From assembly GCA_018729555.1 (NCBI GenBank), contig JAHHQG010000030.1:27697-91696 (forward strand): 64,000 bases of DNA, in the 5' to 3' direction. The first letter of the stretch is position 1, and the number at the start of each line of letters is the position of its first letter. The stretch is from Clostridiales bacterium. GTDB lineage: Bacteria; Bacillota; Sulfobacillia; RBS10-35. The notes under the pieces were generated by a model, which was not told where the DNA came from, did no database searches, and saw only the letters and a list, made by a program, of their open reading frames with translations. Shown piece by piece: positions 46,613-56,340 of this stretch. Made by a program: the position numbers and the translations under genes.

Positions 46613-47368
46613 TCAGTCCCGAAGGGGCAATAAGCCGCCCGTCACCGCCACCACCGACCCCGTGATGTACCCCGAGGCCCTCTCCGCAAGAAAAGCCACC
46701 ACCCTCGCCACATCTTCCCCCGTGCCGGGCCTCCCCATGGGCTCCGGCACCGCTACCCCTTCCGCCTCGGCGATGGTCTTTTCTTTCCACGGCTGGCGGA
46801 TGTCCCCCGGGGCCACCATGTTGGCGGTGATGCCGTACGGGGCTTCCTCCAGGGCGAGGGTCCTCACCAGGCTCAAAAGCCCCGCCTTGGCGGCAGCATA
46901 CGGGCCTCTTCCCGGCCATCCCGGAGCCCCTTCCACCTCTGCAAAGCCGAAAAAGATGAGGCGCCCGAAGCGGCGACTGCGCATGCCAGGAAGAAGAACC
47001 CTGCAGAGGTAAAACGCGGAACTTAGGTTTCCCTCCAGCATGGCCCGCCAGAGGTCGAGGGACGCCTCCGCCACGGGGATCTTTTGCCGCTCGAAGGGCC
47101 CCGCCCCGTGCACCAGCACGTGGATGGGCCCCAGCTCCTTTTCCGCCTGGCGCACCAGCCCTTCCGCTTCCCCGGGGCGGCCCACATCCCCGGCGATGGC
47201 CGCCGCCTCTCCTCCCAGGGACCTGATGGCGGCCACCAGCTCCAGGGCCTCCCTGCGGCTTTCCCGGTAATTCACCGTCACCCGATAGCCCCTTTGGGCC
47301 ATGTAAAGGGCTACCTGCCGCCCCAGGCCCCGGGCACCCCCCGTGATCAGCACATGGCCCTGGCTCAC
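46613..47368 (-). CDS. Short-chain dehydrogenase/reductase (FabG-like)
   Basis: TGGARGLG, YAAAK, NMVAPG and YITG; GTGA overlap with the upstream kinase. Confidence 0.9.
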   Translation of the reverse strand: MSQGHVLITGGARGLGRQVALYMAQRGYRVTVNYRESRREALELVAAIRSLGGEAAAIAGDVGRPGEAEGLVRQAEKELGPIHVLVHGAGPFERQKIPVAEASLDLWRAMLEGNLSSAFYLCRVLLPGMRSRRFGRLIFFGFAEVEGAPGWPGRGPYAAAKAGLLSLVRTLALEEAPYGITANMVAPGDIRQPWKEKTIAEAEGVAVPEPMGRPGTGEDVARVVAFLAERASGYITGSVVAVTGGLLPLRD

Positions 47369-48366
47369 GTCCTCTCCCACCCCCGCAAAAGGGCCTGGAC
47401 CTTCTCGCGGTTTTCGTGAAGGAAATCGAGGTAGGCTTCCTTGGCCGTCAAAAACCCCACCGCCTTGATCATCTCCCCCAGAAGGAGCCGCTCCCGCCAT
47501 CGCGGGTGGAGGGGAATCACCGACCGGTACCCCTCCAGAAAGGCCCGCCGCAGCGGCCCCAGCTGGCGGTAATCCTCCGCCGTCCCATCGGGGGGAAGGC
47601 TCCATAAGGGCATCACCCAGTCCATCTCGGCAAAGCGGGCCCGGGCGTGCTCAAAGTCCAGGAAGGCCACCACCCGCGCCTCTCCCCCTTCTCCGGCGTA
47701 AAGGATATTTTCCCCGTGGAGATCCTGGTGGCAGAAGACGGGCTCTTCCGCCTCCCCCAGGTAAGCCAGATGGGCCTCCACGAACTGCCGGGCAAAGAAG
47801 GCTTGTCCCTCGCTGAGCCAGCCTTCGGAAAGGGCCTGGGCAGCCCGTTTGGCGAACTCGGCTTCTTCAAAGCGGCGCGCCGAACCCTGGCTTTCGCCTT
47901 CCCAAAAGGGACCGAAGCCCTCTCGCGGAAGGGGCACCCTGTGGAGATGGCCCAGGGCCTCTCCCCAGCTGCGGGCGAGGCTCAGGTGCCCTTCCGGGGG
48001 CACATGGCGCAAGCCTCGCCCCGGAACCTTCCCTTCCAAGAAGGAGAGGAGGAGATAGGGGAGCCCGGCATCGGGGAGCTCCCCTTTGCCCATCACCTGA
48101 GGGACGGCCACCGGTCCGGGGGGGTGGTCTGCCAGCCAGCGGAGGGTCTCCTCTTCCCCGTCCCGGTGGATGTCAGCCCCGCGCCCGTACACCCGCAGGG
48201 AAAACCGCCGGCCGTCTCCCGTCTCCAGAAAGACGTTGAGGTTTCGCCGCCCGTAGGGAAGAAAGCGGTAGCGGCGGAGGTCATGGCCAAGGCCATGGGC
48301 CTCCAGGACCATCATGAGGTCTTTCACCGAAATCTCCGCCCGCCCAGGAATCTCCACGTGGGCCAA
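47365..48366 (-). CDS. Aminoglycoside phosphotransferase/choline-kinase-fold protein
   Basis: VPQV, LGHLH, HQDLHGENIL and LDFE. Confidence 0.85.
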   Translation of the reverse strand: MAHVEIPGRAEISVKDLMMVLEAHGLGHDLRRYRFLPYGRRNLNVFLETGDGRRFSLRVYGRGADIHRDGEEETLRWLADHPPGPVAVPQVMGKGELPDAGLPYLLLSFLEGKVPGRGLRHVPPEGHLSLARSWGEALGHLHRVPLPREGFGPFWEGESQGSARRFEEAEFAKRAAQALSEGWLSEGQAFFARQFVEAHLAYLGEAEEPVFCHQDLHGENILYAGEGGEARVVAFLDFEHARARFAEMDWVMPLWSLPPDGTAEDYRQLGPLRRAFLEGYRSVIPLHPRWRERLLLGEMIKAVGFLTAKEAYLDFLHENREKVQALLRGWERT

Positions 48367-48381
48367 GGGCTCATGCCTCCT

Positions 48382-48747
48382 TTAGGGCGGCGCCTCCTGC
48401 CAGTCCTTGCCCTCGGCGCGGGCCGCCCTCCCCTTTCCCGCCTTCATCCAGCCCTGGAGAACCTCCCCCTCAGGCTGCCGCCCCAAGCTCCTCAGGAGAA
48501 CCTCCAGTCCGGCCGCCGCCATGAGGACCGCCACCGCCAAGGGCAAGGGTTTGAGGCGCAGGTCGGTGGTCCACTCGATCCAGGCGGCCCCCACTAGGGG
48601 AAGGAGGAGGAGGGTTCCGCCCAAACCTGCCCACAGACGGGCCCAGGGGCGGGTCCGCCGGGGAAGGGAAAGGGCCGTTTCCTCGCCGCAGGCCGGGCAG
48701 ACCTCCGTGCCCGGGAGGAGGCTCACCCCGCAACGGGGACATATCAC
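48382..48747 (-). CDS. Zinc-ribbon membrane protein
   Basis: CPRCG...CPACG followed by two TM segments. Confidence 0.7.
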   Translation of the reverse strand: MICPRCGVSLLPGTEVCPACGEETALSLPRRTRPWARLWAGLGGTLLLLPLVGAAWIEWTTDLRLKPLPLAVAVLMAAAGLEVLLRSLGRQPEGEVLQGWMKAGKGRAARAEGKDWQEAPP

Positions 48748-48781
48748 CGTCGGATCCCCTCCCCCTGATCCCTATGCGCCT

Positions 48782-49309
48782 TCAGCGCCGAATTTCCCAA
48801 AGGAGGTGAGAGAGCTCCGGCAAGAGGAGCCGATCCAAGGCCAGGGCCACCGCCTTGGGGGAGCCGGGGAGGGCCACCAAAAGCTTTTTCGCCGCCACCC
48901 CCGCCAGCGCCCCCGAGAGCATAGCCGCCGGCCCGATCTCCTGGAAGCTCAGCCAGCGAAAGAGCTCCCCGAAACCGGGAAGCTCCTTGTCCAGAAAGGG
49001 CCGGAGCGCCGCCACCGTCCGGTCGCGGGAGGACAGGCCCGTGCCCCCGCTGGTGACGATGACGTCCACCTCCGGATCATCCAGCCAGGTGGCCACCACC
49101 CGGCGGATGGCCTCCACCTCGTCGGGCACCTGGGCCAGGTGGCGGACCGCATGGCCTGCCGCTTCCACCTTTTCCACGAAGACCCGGGCCGAGCGGTCGT
49201 CTTGTCCCCGCCGGCTGTCGGAGACGGTGCAAAAGGCCGTCGCCAGCGAAGGCCAAGCTTCTTTGGCCTTTTCCCGGTGCTCCCCCGGAACCTGGCCCTC
49301 CCCCGTCAT
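48782..49309 (-). CDS. moaB: Molybdenum cofactor biosynthesis protein MoaB/MogA
   Basis: TVSDSR, VPDE, TSGGTG..RDRT, PGFGELFR and LPGSP. Confidence 0.9.
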   Translation of the reverse strand: MTGEGQVPGEHREKAKEAWPSLATAFCTVSDSRRGQDDRSARVFVEKVEAAGHAVRHLAQVPDEVEAIRRVVATWLDDPEVDVIVTSGGTGLSSRDRTVAALRPFLDKELPGFGELFRWLSFQEIGPAAMLSGALAGVAAKKLLVALPGSPKAVALALDRLLLPELSHLLWEIRR

Positions 49310-50565
49310 CCCTGGAAAGCCTCCAGGCGTCGCTTCACTTCCCGGAGGAAGCGGGCCGCCTCGGCCCCGTCGGCCACCCGGTGGTCAAAGGAGAGGCAGA
49401 GGGCCATCATGGTGCGGATGGCGATGCCGTCCCCCACCACCACCGGTTTCCGCTGGGCCCTTTCGGTGGTGAGGATCCCCGCCTGCCCCGGCGGGATGAT
49501 GGGCATGGAGAGAAGGGTCCCCAGGGCCCCGGTGTTGTCCACGGTAAAGGTGGCCCCCTCCACGTCCTCCAGGCGGAGCTGCCCCTGCCGGGCTCGTTGG
49601 GCCAAGTCATAGACCCGCCGCGCCAGCCCGGCGAGGTTCAGCTGGTCGGCATCGTGGATGACGGGGACCATGAGACCCTGGTCCGTGGCCACGGCGATGC
49701 CGATGTTCACCTTCCCCCGCAGGAGGATGTGGTCGCCGCCCCAAGAAGCGTTCAGCTGGGGCACCGCCTGAAGCGCCTCCACCGCCGCCTGGATGGCGAA
49801 GGGGAGGAAGGTGAGGGGCACCCCGTAGCGGCTCCGGAAAGCCTCCCCCTCCCGCTGGATGTAGGCTTCGATGGCCGTCACGTCGGCTTCCACCATGGTC
49901 CAGGCATGGGGGATGGTGCGGGCGCTCTCGGCCATGTTCTGGGCGATGGCGCGGCGGATGGGCGTGAGGGGCACCCGGCGATCCCCCGGCAAGGAAACCG
50001 GCGGGCGCACCTCTTCTTCCCCCTTGGCCGCCGGCTCCACCGGCAGCCGGGCCGGCTCGGGGCGAGAAGAAGGGGCGGGAGCCGGTGCCGGCGCAGCCGC
50101 CTCTCTTTCCTTCGCGAGGTAGGCCTCCACATCGGCCACCGTCACCCGGCCGCCGGCACCTGTCCCCTTCACCTTGGACAGATCGATGCCGTGTTCCTTG
50201 GCCAGGCGCCGCACCGCCGGGCTATACCGGCGCTCCTCGTCCCGGGCAGAGGCTTCCGCCGGCGCCGCCGCAGCCGGGGTTTCCGCCTTTTCGCCCTCCG
50301 GCGCTTTCGCCCCTTCCTGGGCCGCCCCTTCCACCTCCAGGATGCATAGGGGCGCCCCCACCGGCACCGTCTCCCCTTCCGGCACCAGGATCTCTTTCAC
50401 CCGGCCCGTCTCGGGCGATGGCACCTCCGCCGTCACCTTGGCGGTGACCACCTCCAGAAGGGGTTCATACTTCTGGACCTGATCCCCCGGCTTCTTCAGC
50501 CAGGTGACCACCGTCCCTTCCGTCACCGTTTCCCCCAGCTGGGGCATCTTCACCGTGTAATCCAT
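49306..50565 (-). CDS. Dihydrolipoamide acyltransferase E2 (likely branched-chain 2-oxoacid dehydrogenase)
   Basis: MPQLGETVTEG lipoyl domain (TAKV), YSPAVRRLA E3-binding domain and SFDHRVADG. Confidence 0.93.
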   Translation of the reverse strand: MDYTVKMPQLGETVTEGTVVTWLKKPGDQVQKYEPLLEVVTAKVTAEVPSPETGRVKEILVPEGETVPVGAPLCILEVEGAAQEGAKAPEGEKAETPAAAAPAEASARDEERRYSPAVRRLAKEHGIDLSKVKGTGAGGRVTVADVEAYLAKEREAAAPAPAPAPSSRPEPARLPVEPAAKGEEEVRPPVSLPGDRRVPLTPIRRAIAQNMAESARTIPHAWTMVEADVTAIEAYIQREGEAFRSRYGVPLTFLPFAIQAAVEALQAVPQLNASWGGDHILLRGKVNIGIAVATDQGLMVPVIHDADQLNLAGLARRVYDLAQRARQGQLRLEDVEGATFTVDNTGALGTLLSMPIIPPGQAGILTTERAQRKPVVVGDGIAIRTMMALCLSFDHRVADGAEAARFLREVKRRLEAFQG

Positions 50566-50580
50566 GGGATCGCCCCCCTG

Positions 50581-51570
50581 TCAAAATTCCACCAGCTCCC
50601 TGGCCGCCGCCACGATCTTGGCCACATCCGGGGTGAACTCCTTTTCCAGGACGCTGGCATAGCCGATCCCCGGGACGTCGGGACCCGCCAGGCGCCGCAC
50701 GGGCGCATCCAGGTGCAGGAAGGCCTCATCGGCGATGATGGCGGCGATTTCCGCCCCCGCGCCGTAGGTGAGGTTATCTTCGTGGACGATGAGGGCCCGG
50801 CCCGTAGCCTTGGCCGCCTCGACGATGGTCTTCTTGTCGAGGGGCTTCAAGGTGCGGACGTCCACCACCGTGGCCTCGATCCCCTGCCGGCTGAGCTCCT
50901 CTGCCGCCCGGAGGCATTCGTGGAGCATGTAGCCGTACGCGTAGAGGGTGATGTGGCGCCCCTCCCGGCGCACCTCCGCCGGGCCGATGGGCACCACGTA
51001 ATCCCCGTCGGGGATGTCCTGCTTGATGGAGCGGTAGCACTTCTTGTGCTCGAGGAAGATCACCGGGTCGTCATCCCGGATGGCCGCCTTCAAAAGGCCC
51101 TTCACGTCGTAGGGAAAGGCAGGCGCCACCACCTTCAGGCCGGGGATGTGGGCGTAAAAGGCTTCCACGCTCTGGCTGTGATAGAGGGCCCCATGAACCC
51201 CCGGTCCCCCGCCGTAGGGCATCCGGACCACCATGGGCACCTTCCATCCCCCGTTGGAGCGGTAATGGATCCGGGCCGCCTCGCTCTGGATCTGGTTGAA
51301 GGCGGGGAAGGAAAAGTCGGCAAACTGCATCTCGGCGATGGGCCGCAGGCCGTGGAGGGCCATGCCGATGGCCACCCCCGCGATGCTGGCCTCCGCCAGG
51401 GGCGTGTCGATGACCCGCCGCTCCCCGAACCGGTCGATGAGGCCGACGCTGGCCCGGAAGACACCTCCCCGCTTGCCCACGTCTTCGCCCAGGAGCACCA
51501 CCCGTTCATCCCGGGCCATCTCTTCTTCCATCGCCTCTCTTACGGCATCCACATAGAACTTTTCCGCCAT
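50581..51570 (-). CDS. 2-oxoacid dehydrogenase E1 beta
   Basis: LGEDVGKRGGVFR, DTPLAE, EMQFADF, HGALYHSQS and FLEHK. Confidence 0.94.
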   Translation of the reverse strand: MAEKFYVDAVREAMEEEMARDERVVLLGEDVGKRGGVFRASVGLIDRFGERRVIDTPLAEASIAGVAIGMALHGLRPIAEMQFADFSFPAFNQIQSEAARIHYRSNGGWKVPMVVRMPYGGGPGVHGALYHSQSVEAFYAHIPGLKVVAPAFPYDVKGLLKAAIRDDDPVIFLEHKKCYRSIKQDIPDGDYVVPIGPAEVRREGRHITLYAYGYMLHECLRAAEELSRQGIEATVVDVRTLKPLDKKTIVEAAKATGRALIVHEDNLTYGAGAEIAAIIADEAFLHLDAPVRRLAGPDVPGIGYASVLEKEFTPDVAKIVAAARELVEF

Positions 51571-51583
51571 GGACCGTCCCCCC

Positions 51584-52582
51584 TTAGAGCTCGATGGGCG
51601 TGGCGTACACGTGGGTGTAGAGGTCCTCGGGCTTGGGATCGGGCGCCTTTTGGGCTTCATCCGTCGCCCGGTCCACCTCTTGGCGCACCTCCCGGTCGAT
51701 GGCCGCCAGCTCCTCGTCGCTGATGACCCCTTGTTCTTTCAAGAAAGCGGCAAAATGGCCCAAGGGGTCCCGCTCCTTCAAGGCCTCCATCTCTTCCTGC
51801 GTCATGTAGGTCCGGGGATCGTCGTCGGTGGAATGGCCCGTGAGGCGGGGCACCATCACTTCCAGGAGGGTGGCCCCCTCCCCCCGGCGGGCCCGCTCCA
51901 CCGCTTCCTTTGCGACCCGATAGACCTCCAACACCTGGAGGCCGTCCACCGTCACCCCCGTAAGGCCGTACCCCGCCGCCCGCAGGGACACCCGGTCCAC
52001 CGCCATCTGCTTTTGGAGGGGCACCGAGATGGCCCACTGGTTGTTCTGCACCACGAAGATCACGGGGAGCTTGTAGATGCCCGCCCAGTTGAGGGCTTCG
52101 TGAAACTCCCCCTGGCTGGCGCTGCCCTCCCCGATGGAGGTGTAGAACACCCGGTCTTCCCCCAGCTGCTGGGCGGCGTAGGCCATGCCCACGGCGTGGA
52201 GGGTCTGGGTGGCCACCGTGGAGGACTGGGTGACGATCCCTTTTTGCGGATGGCTGTAGTGGGACGGCATCTGGCGGCCACCGCTGCTGGGACCGTCGGC
52301 CTTGGCGAAGAAATCCAGCATCACCTCGAGGGGGGTCATGCCCATCCGCAGCACCACCCCCAGGTCCCGGTAATAGGGGAGAACGATGTCATGCCCCGGC
52401 TTAAGGGCCCAGCTGATCCCGATCTGGGCCCCTTCATGGCCTTGGCATCCGATGGCGAAGGGCGCCTGCCCCATGCGATTCAGCACCCACTGGCGCTCGT
52501 CCAAGCGCCGGGCGAGAAGCATGAGGCGGTACATCTCCTTAAGATCCTCTTCCGTCAACCCCAACTGGCGGTAATCCGCCAT
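51584..52582 (-). CDS. 2-oxoacid dehydrogenase E1 alpha (BkdA1-like)
   Basis: PYYRD, GGRQMPSH, GEGSASQG..QNNQWAIS TPP motif and HSTDDD. Confidence 0.94.
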   Translation of the reverse strand: MADYRQLGLTEEDLKEMYRLMLLARRLDERQWVLNRMGQAPFAIGCQGHEGAQIGISWALKPGHDIVLPYYRDLGVVLRMGMTPLEVMLDFFAKADGPSSGGRQMPSHYSHPQKGIVTQSSTVATQTLHAVGMAYAAQQLGEDRVFYTSIGEGSASQGEFHEALNWAGIYKLPVIFVVQNNQWAISVPLQKQMAVDRVSLRAAGYGLTGVTVDGLQVLEVYRVAKEAVERARRGEGATLLEVMVPRLTGHSTDDDPRTYMTQEEMEALKERDPLGHFAAFLKEQGVISDEELAAIDREVRQEVDRATDEAQKAPDPKPEDLYTHVYATPIEL

Positions 52583-52626
52583 GGGCCCACCTCCTTCACT
52601 ACCCTATCGATATGGACCGGTCCCCG

Positions 52627-53505
52627 CTAGCCGTAGACAAACGCGTCCCTCTCCAGGCGGGCCTCCTCCCGCGCCCAGGCTTCATAGGCCTCCCGATCCC
52701 GGCCGTAGAGAAAGCGGGCCAGGTACCGCATCCCCTGGCCGAGAAGGGGCCCCGGCCGGCCGTAGTACCGCTCCGGCAGAAGGAAGATCCGCCGCTCCCG
52801 CACCAGGGGAAGTTCCTCCCACCCCGGCCGAGAAGCTATATCCTTCACCTTCATCCGCCGCTCGCCGCTGCCGCACCAGCAGACAAAATAGGTGTCAGGC
52901 TGCCGCCGGACCACCTCCTCCGCCTCGACGGGGCTGCTCTCCTTCTCCAGATCGGAAAAGACCGGCTCCAGACCCAAAAGCTCCAGCATCTCGTGGATCC
53001 AGCTGGGGCGGCCCGCCACGATGATGGGCTTCGGCCACCACTCCCAGGCCGCCTTTTGGGGCAGGGGGATGCCCTTTTGCGCCCTCGCCTCCCGGGCCCG
53101 AAGGGCCTCTTCCCGCGCCTCCCGCAGGTCTTCATCCAGCCGCGCCACCACCTCTTCCCCCTTTTCCTCCAGGGAGAGGGCCTGGGCCACCTGCCGGATG
53201 CCCTTTCGCACCCCGTCCAGGGTGTGGCTTTCCACCACCACATAGGGAAGGCCCATCTCCTGAAGCTTGGCCACCCCTCTTTCCATCCCCGGAACGCTCA
53301 AGGACGCCAGGACCAGATCGGGCTTGAGGGCCGCCACCTTCTCCACGTCGACGGTGAGGTCGCCCCCCACGTTGGCGCAGTGCTGGAGATGGGGGCCAAG
53401 GTAGCGGTCCTCCAAGGACCAGCGGTCCACCCCCACCAGATCCTTTTCCCGCCCCAAGGAAAGGACGATGTCGGTGTTGCTGGGGGTCAGGGACACCAGC
53501 CTCAC
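52627..53505 (-). CDS. BtuF-like helical-backbone (cobalamin-binding) protein without a signal peptide
   Basis: RLVSLTPSNTDIV, VGVD, EKVAALKPDLV and RPGP; the domain starts at residue 1. Confidence 0.82.
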   Translation of the reverse strand: MRLVSLTPSNTDIVLSLGREKDLVGVDRWSLEDRYLGPHLQHCANVGGDLTVDVEKVAALKPDLVLASLSVPGMERGVAKLQEMGLPYVVVESHTLDGVRKGIRQVAQALSLEEKGEEVVARLDEDLREAREEALRAREARAQKGIPLPQKAAWEWWPKPIIVAGRPSWIHEMLELLGLEPVFSDLEKESSPVEAEEVVRRQPDTYFVCWCGSGERRMKVKDIASRPGWEELPLVRERRIFLLPERYYGRPGPLLGQGMRYLARFLYGRDREAYEAWAREEARLERDAFVYG

Positions 53506-54077
53506 GTTCCCACCCCTAGACCCAGCTCCTTTTCCACCGACCGCATGGCCTCGATGCAGAAGGCGATATGCTCATCCAGGGGCACGCCGAATTCTTCCGC
53601 CCCCTGGTAGATGTCCTCCCGGGACACTCCCCGGGCAAAGGCCTTATCCTTCAGCTTCTTCTTGACGGACTTCACTTCCAGGTTCTCCAGGCTCTTATCG
53701 GGCCTCACCAGGGCGCAGGCGGTGATGAACCCTGAGAGCTCATCCACGGCAAAGAGGGCTTGGGCCATGGGGGTATCCCGGGGAACCCCCGAGTAGTTGG
53801 CATGGCCCAGGATGGCCTTCAGCATATCCTCGGGCCAGCCCCGCTCCCGCAAGAATTCCACCGCCCGGAAGGGGTGGTCCTCCATGGTGGGGTAGCGCTC
53901 GTAATCGAGGTCGTGGACCAGCCCCACAATCCCCCAGCGCTCTTCATCCTCCCCCAGGCGGCGGGCATAGGCCCGCATGCAGGCTTCCACCGCCAACATA
54001 TGGCGGCGGAGGTTTTCGCCGGTGACCCATTCCTGCAAAAGCTGCCATGCTTCTTCTCGCGTCGGTTCGTGGCTCAT
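53502..54077 (-). CDS. HDIG-type HD hydrolase
   Basis: RHMLAVEACM, LVHDLDYE, ILGH, DELSG and KKLKDKAFA. Confidence 0.88.
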   Translation of the reverse strand: MSHEPTREEAWQLLQEWVTGENLRRHMLAVEACMRAYARRLGEDEERWGIVGLVHDLDYERYPTMEDHPFRAVEFLRERGWPEDMLKAILGHANYSGVPRDTPMAQALFAVDELSGFITACALVRPDKSLENLEVKSVKKKLKDKAFARGVSREDIYQGAEEFGVPLDEHIAFCIEAMRSVEKELGLGVGT

Positions 54078-54643
54078 GGGTTCTCTCCTTTCCGCGGTGC
54101 TCCTACCCAAGGGACATCGGCCACACCCCGGCGGCGGTTCACCGCCCGGGCCAGGGCAAAGAGCCAGTCGGAAAGCCGGTTGAGGTAGGCCAACACCACC
54201 AGAGGCACTGGCTCTTCCCCCGCTAGGCGCACCACCTCCCGCTCCGCCCGCCGGCAGACGGTCCTTGCCCCGTGGAGGAAGGCCGCTTCGGGGCTTCCCC
54301 CCGGCAAGATGAAGGTCTTAAGTTCCCCCGCCTCCTCCATGGCCTCATCGATCCAGGATTCCAGCTTCAGGATATCCTCTTCATCCAGGCCCCGGGCGGG
54401 AGGCTTTTCCCGATGGGGAGGCGTCGCCAGGAGGGCTCCCATCTGAAAGAGATCCCCTTGGACTTCCAAGAGGCGCCGGTGCCATTCATCTTCGGCCTTA
54501 AGGTAAGCGGCGCAGATCCCCAGCCAAGCGTTCAGCTCGTCCACCGCCCCGTAGGCTTCGACCCTGGGAGATGTCTTGGAAACCCTCTGCCCGCCAAAAA
54601 GAGAGGTCTCCCCTTTATCCCCTCCCCGGGTGTAGATCTTCAT
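54074..54643 (-). CDS. PduO-type cob(I)alamin adenosyltransferase
   Basis: KIYTRGGDKGET, YGAVDELN, RTVCRRAER and YLNRLSD. Confidence 0.94.
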   Translation of the reverse strand: MKIYTRGGDKGETSLFGGQRVSKTSPRVEAYGAVDELNAWLGICAAYLKAEDEWHRRLLEVQGDLFQMGALLATPPHREKPPARGLDEEDILKLESWIDEAMEEAGELKTFILPGGSPEAAFLHGARTVCRRAEREVVRLAGEEPVPLVVLAYLNRLSDWLFALARAVNRRRGVADVPWVGAPRKGENP

Positions 54644-56337
54644 GGCCCATCCCTCCTCGGCGTCCAGTCATCGAGGATCGCCTTCACCTCTTCAAAGGCA
54701 CCCTCATGGCCGAGCCGCAGCTGCCACGACGCGACCCCCGCCAGGCCCAAATCCCTCGCCAGTTCCACCCGCCGGCGGAGGGTCTCTTCCGTCTCCAGCC
54801 ACATGCGGTACCTCCGCCCCTTTTCCTGCCACTCCACCCGCGGCACCCCGTGGACCTCATCCCACACAGGGGTAAGCTTCTTTTCCCGGACCGTTTCTTC
54901 CTGCTGGCGAAGGCCAAGGGCCGTGGATTTCCACCCGCCCTCTTCCTCCCGCCACAAGCGGGTGTAGAAGGGAAGGCCCAGAACCAGCTTTTCCGGCGGC
55001 ACCTCCATAAGGGTGGCTTCCACGCCCTTTCTCACCCAGGGAAGGCCGGCCGTGGGACCGGGGGAAGGGGCGTTCCCCGGGGTCTGATCGTAGGCCATCA
55101 CCATGATGAAATCGGCCGCTTCCGAAAGGGCCCGGCGGTCGTAGAAGAGGCTCCAGTTGGGGCTCCCCCCCGGAAAGGTCACATCCACCGAGAGGACCAG
55201 GCCGGCCCGCCGCATGAGGGGCGACAGCTCCCGGATGAACTGGGTGAAAAGGTCTTTATCCTCCAGATAGACGTTTTCGAAATCCACGTTGATGCCATCC
55301 AGCTGAAGGGCCTGGGCTTGGGCCACAAGCTGGCGGGCGGCCTCCCGGCGGGCATGGGTGCTGGAAAGAAAGGCGTGGGTAAGGTCGGGATCAAAGCGGT
55401 TGCTGAAAAGGGCCCACACCAAAAGGCCTCGTTGGTGGGCGGCCGCCACATAGGCGGGGTCCCCCAGGCTGGCGACGAGCCCGTCCTCTTCCAGGTGAAA
55501 CCAGGTGGGGGAAAGGATCCCCACGCCGGGAAGGGGCGGGTAGCGGGAAGGATCGGCCCCCCTCACCGTCACCAAATCCCACGTCAGGTGGAAGGGCCCG
55601 GGGGGAAGGCTCCTCGGGCGGGGTTCGGGCCGGACGGTTTCACCCGGAAAGAGGCCCGTCAGGACCACATGATCCTTGGGAAGCCAGCCCACCCGGCCGT
55701 CCTCCAGCTGCACCAGGTACCATCCCTTCACTTCGCCCCACACCCGCACCTCCCTCCCCGGGTCCACGGCCGCCAGGCGCCGGCTACGGGCATGGGGATC
55801 TTCCTTCAGCCAAAGGGTCCCTTCCCACCAGGCCGGGGTCCGGATCTCCCCCATGAGGCGGGGGGTGGTCGCCCGGTCCACCGTCACCAGGCCCGTCTCG
55901 GCATGGATGGTCACGTTGAGGGGGTAGAGGAAAGAAAGGGCCTTCAAGGGCACCCACACCGATCCCCCCATCTCCCGCCAGGGGGCTGCCAGGCGGAAGG
56001 GCTCCTCGTTGATCCAGGCCTCCAGATCCCCCTCCGAGAGGATCACCCACCGGTCTTTCGTGGTGAGGACCAGGAGATCTTCCCCCCCGTCGAAGTAGGC
56101 ATGGGGGTCGATGTAGGTGTGGAAATCCTCGAAGCGAAGGTAGGCTTCCTCCCCTTCCAACCGGAGCTGCACGGGGAGGATCTCCCCTTCGAAGACGAGC
56201 TGGGGTTCCCCGAGGGAAAGGGCCGGGGCCGCCCCCCAGCCCCGCTCATAGGCCAAGGCAAAGGCGCCGGCCCATAGGATGGCCAGGAAAGCGGCCCACC
56301 CCAGCGAAGGGGGTGTGCGCCGGGCGTGGCGCGCCAT
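54640..56337 (-). CDS. GH18 glycosyl hydrolase with copper-amine-oxidase-N-like and SH3 domains
   Basis: N-terminal TM; WYLVQLEDGRVGW (SH3); SPTWF, LDGINVDFE, MAYDQ and LGLPFY. Confidence 0.88.
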   Translation of the reverse strand: MARHARRTPPSLGWAAFLAILWAGAFALAYERGWGAAPALSLGEPQLVFEGEILPVQLRLEGEEAYLRFEDFHTYIDPHAYFDGGEDLLVLTTKDRWVILSEGDLEAWINEEPFRLAAPWREMGGSVWVPLKALSFLYPLNVTIHAETGLVTVDRATTPRLMGEIRTPAWWEGTLWLKEDPHARSRRLAAVDPGREVRVWGEVKGWYLVQLEDGRVGWLPKDHVVLTGLFPGETVRPEPRPRSLPPGPFHLTWDLVTVRGADPSRYPPLPGVGILSPTWFHLEEDGLVASLGDPAYVAAAHQRGLLVWALFSNRFDPDLTHAFLSSTHARREAARQLVAQAQALQLDGINVDFENVYLEDKDLFTQFIRELSPLMRRAGLVLSVDVTFPGGSPNWSLFYDRRALSEAADFIMVMAYDQTPGNAPSPGPTAGLPWVRKGVEATLMEVPPEKLVLGLPFYTRLWREEEGGWKSTALGLRQQEETVREKKLTPVWDEVHGVPRVEWQEKGRRYRMWLETEETLRRRVELARDLGLAGVASWQLRLGHEGAFEEVKAILDDWTPRRDGP

Positions 56338-56340
56338 AGC